From positions 1 through 26,809 of the forward strand of contig JBHIFL010000057.1 of assembly GCA_046761065.1 (NCBI GenBank): a stretch of DNA of 26,809 nt. Direction: 5' to 3'. Positions 25,707 through 26,809 of this stretch are shown here, in pieces. The notes below the pieces were generated by a model. The model saw only the letters and a list, made by a program, of their open reading frames with translations, had not been told where the DNA came from and did not search any database. The translations under genes and the position numbers were made by a program. The stretch's first letter is position 1. Each line of letters opens with the position of its first letter. Source of the DNA: Candidatus Heimdallarchaeota archaeon. GTDB taxonomy: Archaea > Asgardarchaeota > Wukongarchaeia > Wukongarchaeales > JBHIFL01.

Positions 25707-26663
25707 TTGAATACGCGAATATTCTGTTCGACAGACGTTCATGGATCCGATGTAGTTTTCAGGAAGTTTGTGAATGCAGGAAAATTCTATAAAGCAGATA
25801 TAGTTATTCTTAATGGAGATCTGACTGGAAAGGCAATCATACCAATAGTGGAGAAAGCCCCAAATACCTTTGAGGCAAAAATCCTTGGATCGAAGCAAGA
25901 TGCCAAGAGTATGGATGAACTAAAAAATCTTGAAAGTAAGATTGCCAATTTGGGCTTTTATCCATATCTTACCGATGAGCAGGGATTGGAGGAACTCAGC
26001 GTAAACCCCACGAAAGTTTTAGATCTTTTCAAGCATTTTATGATTAAGACAATTGAACGATGGATAGATCTCCTAGAGCAACACTTGAAAGGCACTGGGA
26101 TCAAATGCTTCATGCTTCCGGGAAACGATGATGCTCACGACATTGATGTGCCGATCCAAAGATCAGATAATATCATAAACCCCGAAGGTAAGGTTATTGA
26201 TCTGGATGGAACCCACGAAATGATAAGTACGGGTTATAGCAATCCTACACCTTGGGATACCCCGAGGGAGGAGAGCGAGGCAGCGTTACGAAATCGAATA
26301 GAAGCAATGATTTCTAGAGCAAAAAATACACAATCGTGTATTTTTAATCTACATCCTCCCCCTTATGACAGTGGACTTGATGAAGCCCCACAATTAGACA
26401 GAAACCTTAAACAAGTATCAAGTGTAGGGGAGATTGTAATGTCCGCGGTAGGTAGCACAGCAGTTCGGGAGGCCATAGAAGCATATCAACCGCTGGTTGG
26501 TCTACACGGGCACATTCATGAGTCAAAGGGTGCACGTAAAATTGGGCGAACGCTTTGCCTGAATCCTGGTAGTGAATATCAAAGCGGGGTCTTAAAAGGG
26601 ATCTTATTAAACCTTGACCGGAAGAAGAAGAAACTAAAATCACACCTCTTCACTTCTGGTTAG
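25707..26663 (+). CDS. Calcineurin-like (Icc-related) metallophosphoesterase, paralog 3
   Basis: TDVHG, NGDLTGK, GNDD, HPPPY, HGHIHE, NPGSEY. TTG start after GAGGG. Confidence 0.9.
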   Translation: MNTRIFCSTDVHGSDVVFRKFVNAGKFYKADIVILNGDLTGKAIIPIVEKAPNTFEAKILGSKQDAKSMDELKNLESKIANLGFYPYLTDEQGLEELSVNPTKVLDLFKHFMIKTIERWIDLLEQHLKGTGIKCFMLPGNDDAHDIDVPIQRSDNIINPEGKVIDLDGTHEMISTGYSNPTPWDTPREESEAALRNRIEAMISRAKNTQSCIFNLHPPPYDSGLDEAPQLDRNLKQVSSVGEIVMSAVGSTAVREAIEAYQPLVGLHGHIHESKGARKIGRTLCLNPGSEYQSGVLKGILLNLDRKKKKLKSHLFTSG

Positions 26664-26809
26664 ATGTTCTTTAATAGTATGGAAATAGAATATTTAGGAA
26701 TTTTAAAAAGAAATTCACCATGTCACCTCGAAGGTTATGGTGGAAAACAACGTTAATAGCTTGTTGCCCTAAAAGTTGAACCGTGGGAACGCATCTATAG
26801 CGATATTTT

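Noticed and set aside
4779-26663. Calling the NTase/MPE module a CBASS or other known defence system
   Set aside because: No SAVED, CARF, TIR, patatin, Cap2/Cap3 or HEPN genes are visible, the NTases lack a recognisable cGAS-type architecture, and the neighbours are transport and catabolic genes.

Overview
Archaeal chromosomal window, inferred from BRE/TATA promoters, GGTGA/GGAGG ribosome-binding sites, hairpin-less T-tract terminators and frequent TTG/GTG starts. One hypothetical protein resembles a family I associate with Asgard archaea (unverified). There are about 22 credible CDS and no rRNA, tRNA, CRISPR or transposase signal. The main feature is a three-fold paralogous module pairing a Pol-beta-superfamily nucleotidyltransferase (NTase) with an atypical calcineurin-like metallophosphoesterase (MPE; GNDD instead of GNH[D/E], large insert, invariant C-terminal SG). 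Each copy has a different arrangement: 4779-6694, 10425-12304 and 24617-26663. Copies 1 and 2 bracket two APC-family permeases. Copies 2 and 3 sit beside amide/peptide-type catabolic enzymes. This suggests an undescribed writer/eraser nucleotidylation or nucleotide-signal system linked to solute uptake (inference). Other content: an NPP-type phosphodiesterase with a recent internal 54-bp duplication, a lipoprotein-like surface protein, DUF1844, acetamidase/formamidase, radical SAM, a CBS-only protein, a VapBC-like pair, NnrE-NnrD, a CoA-transferase/GNAT fusion lacking the catalytic Glu, an M24 hydrolase with an altered active site, a SnoaL-like protein and an internally duplicated V4R/ATC-hydrolase-like protein.
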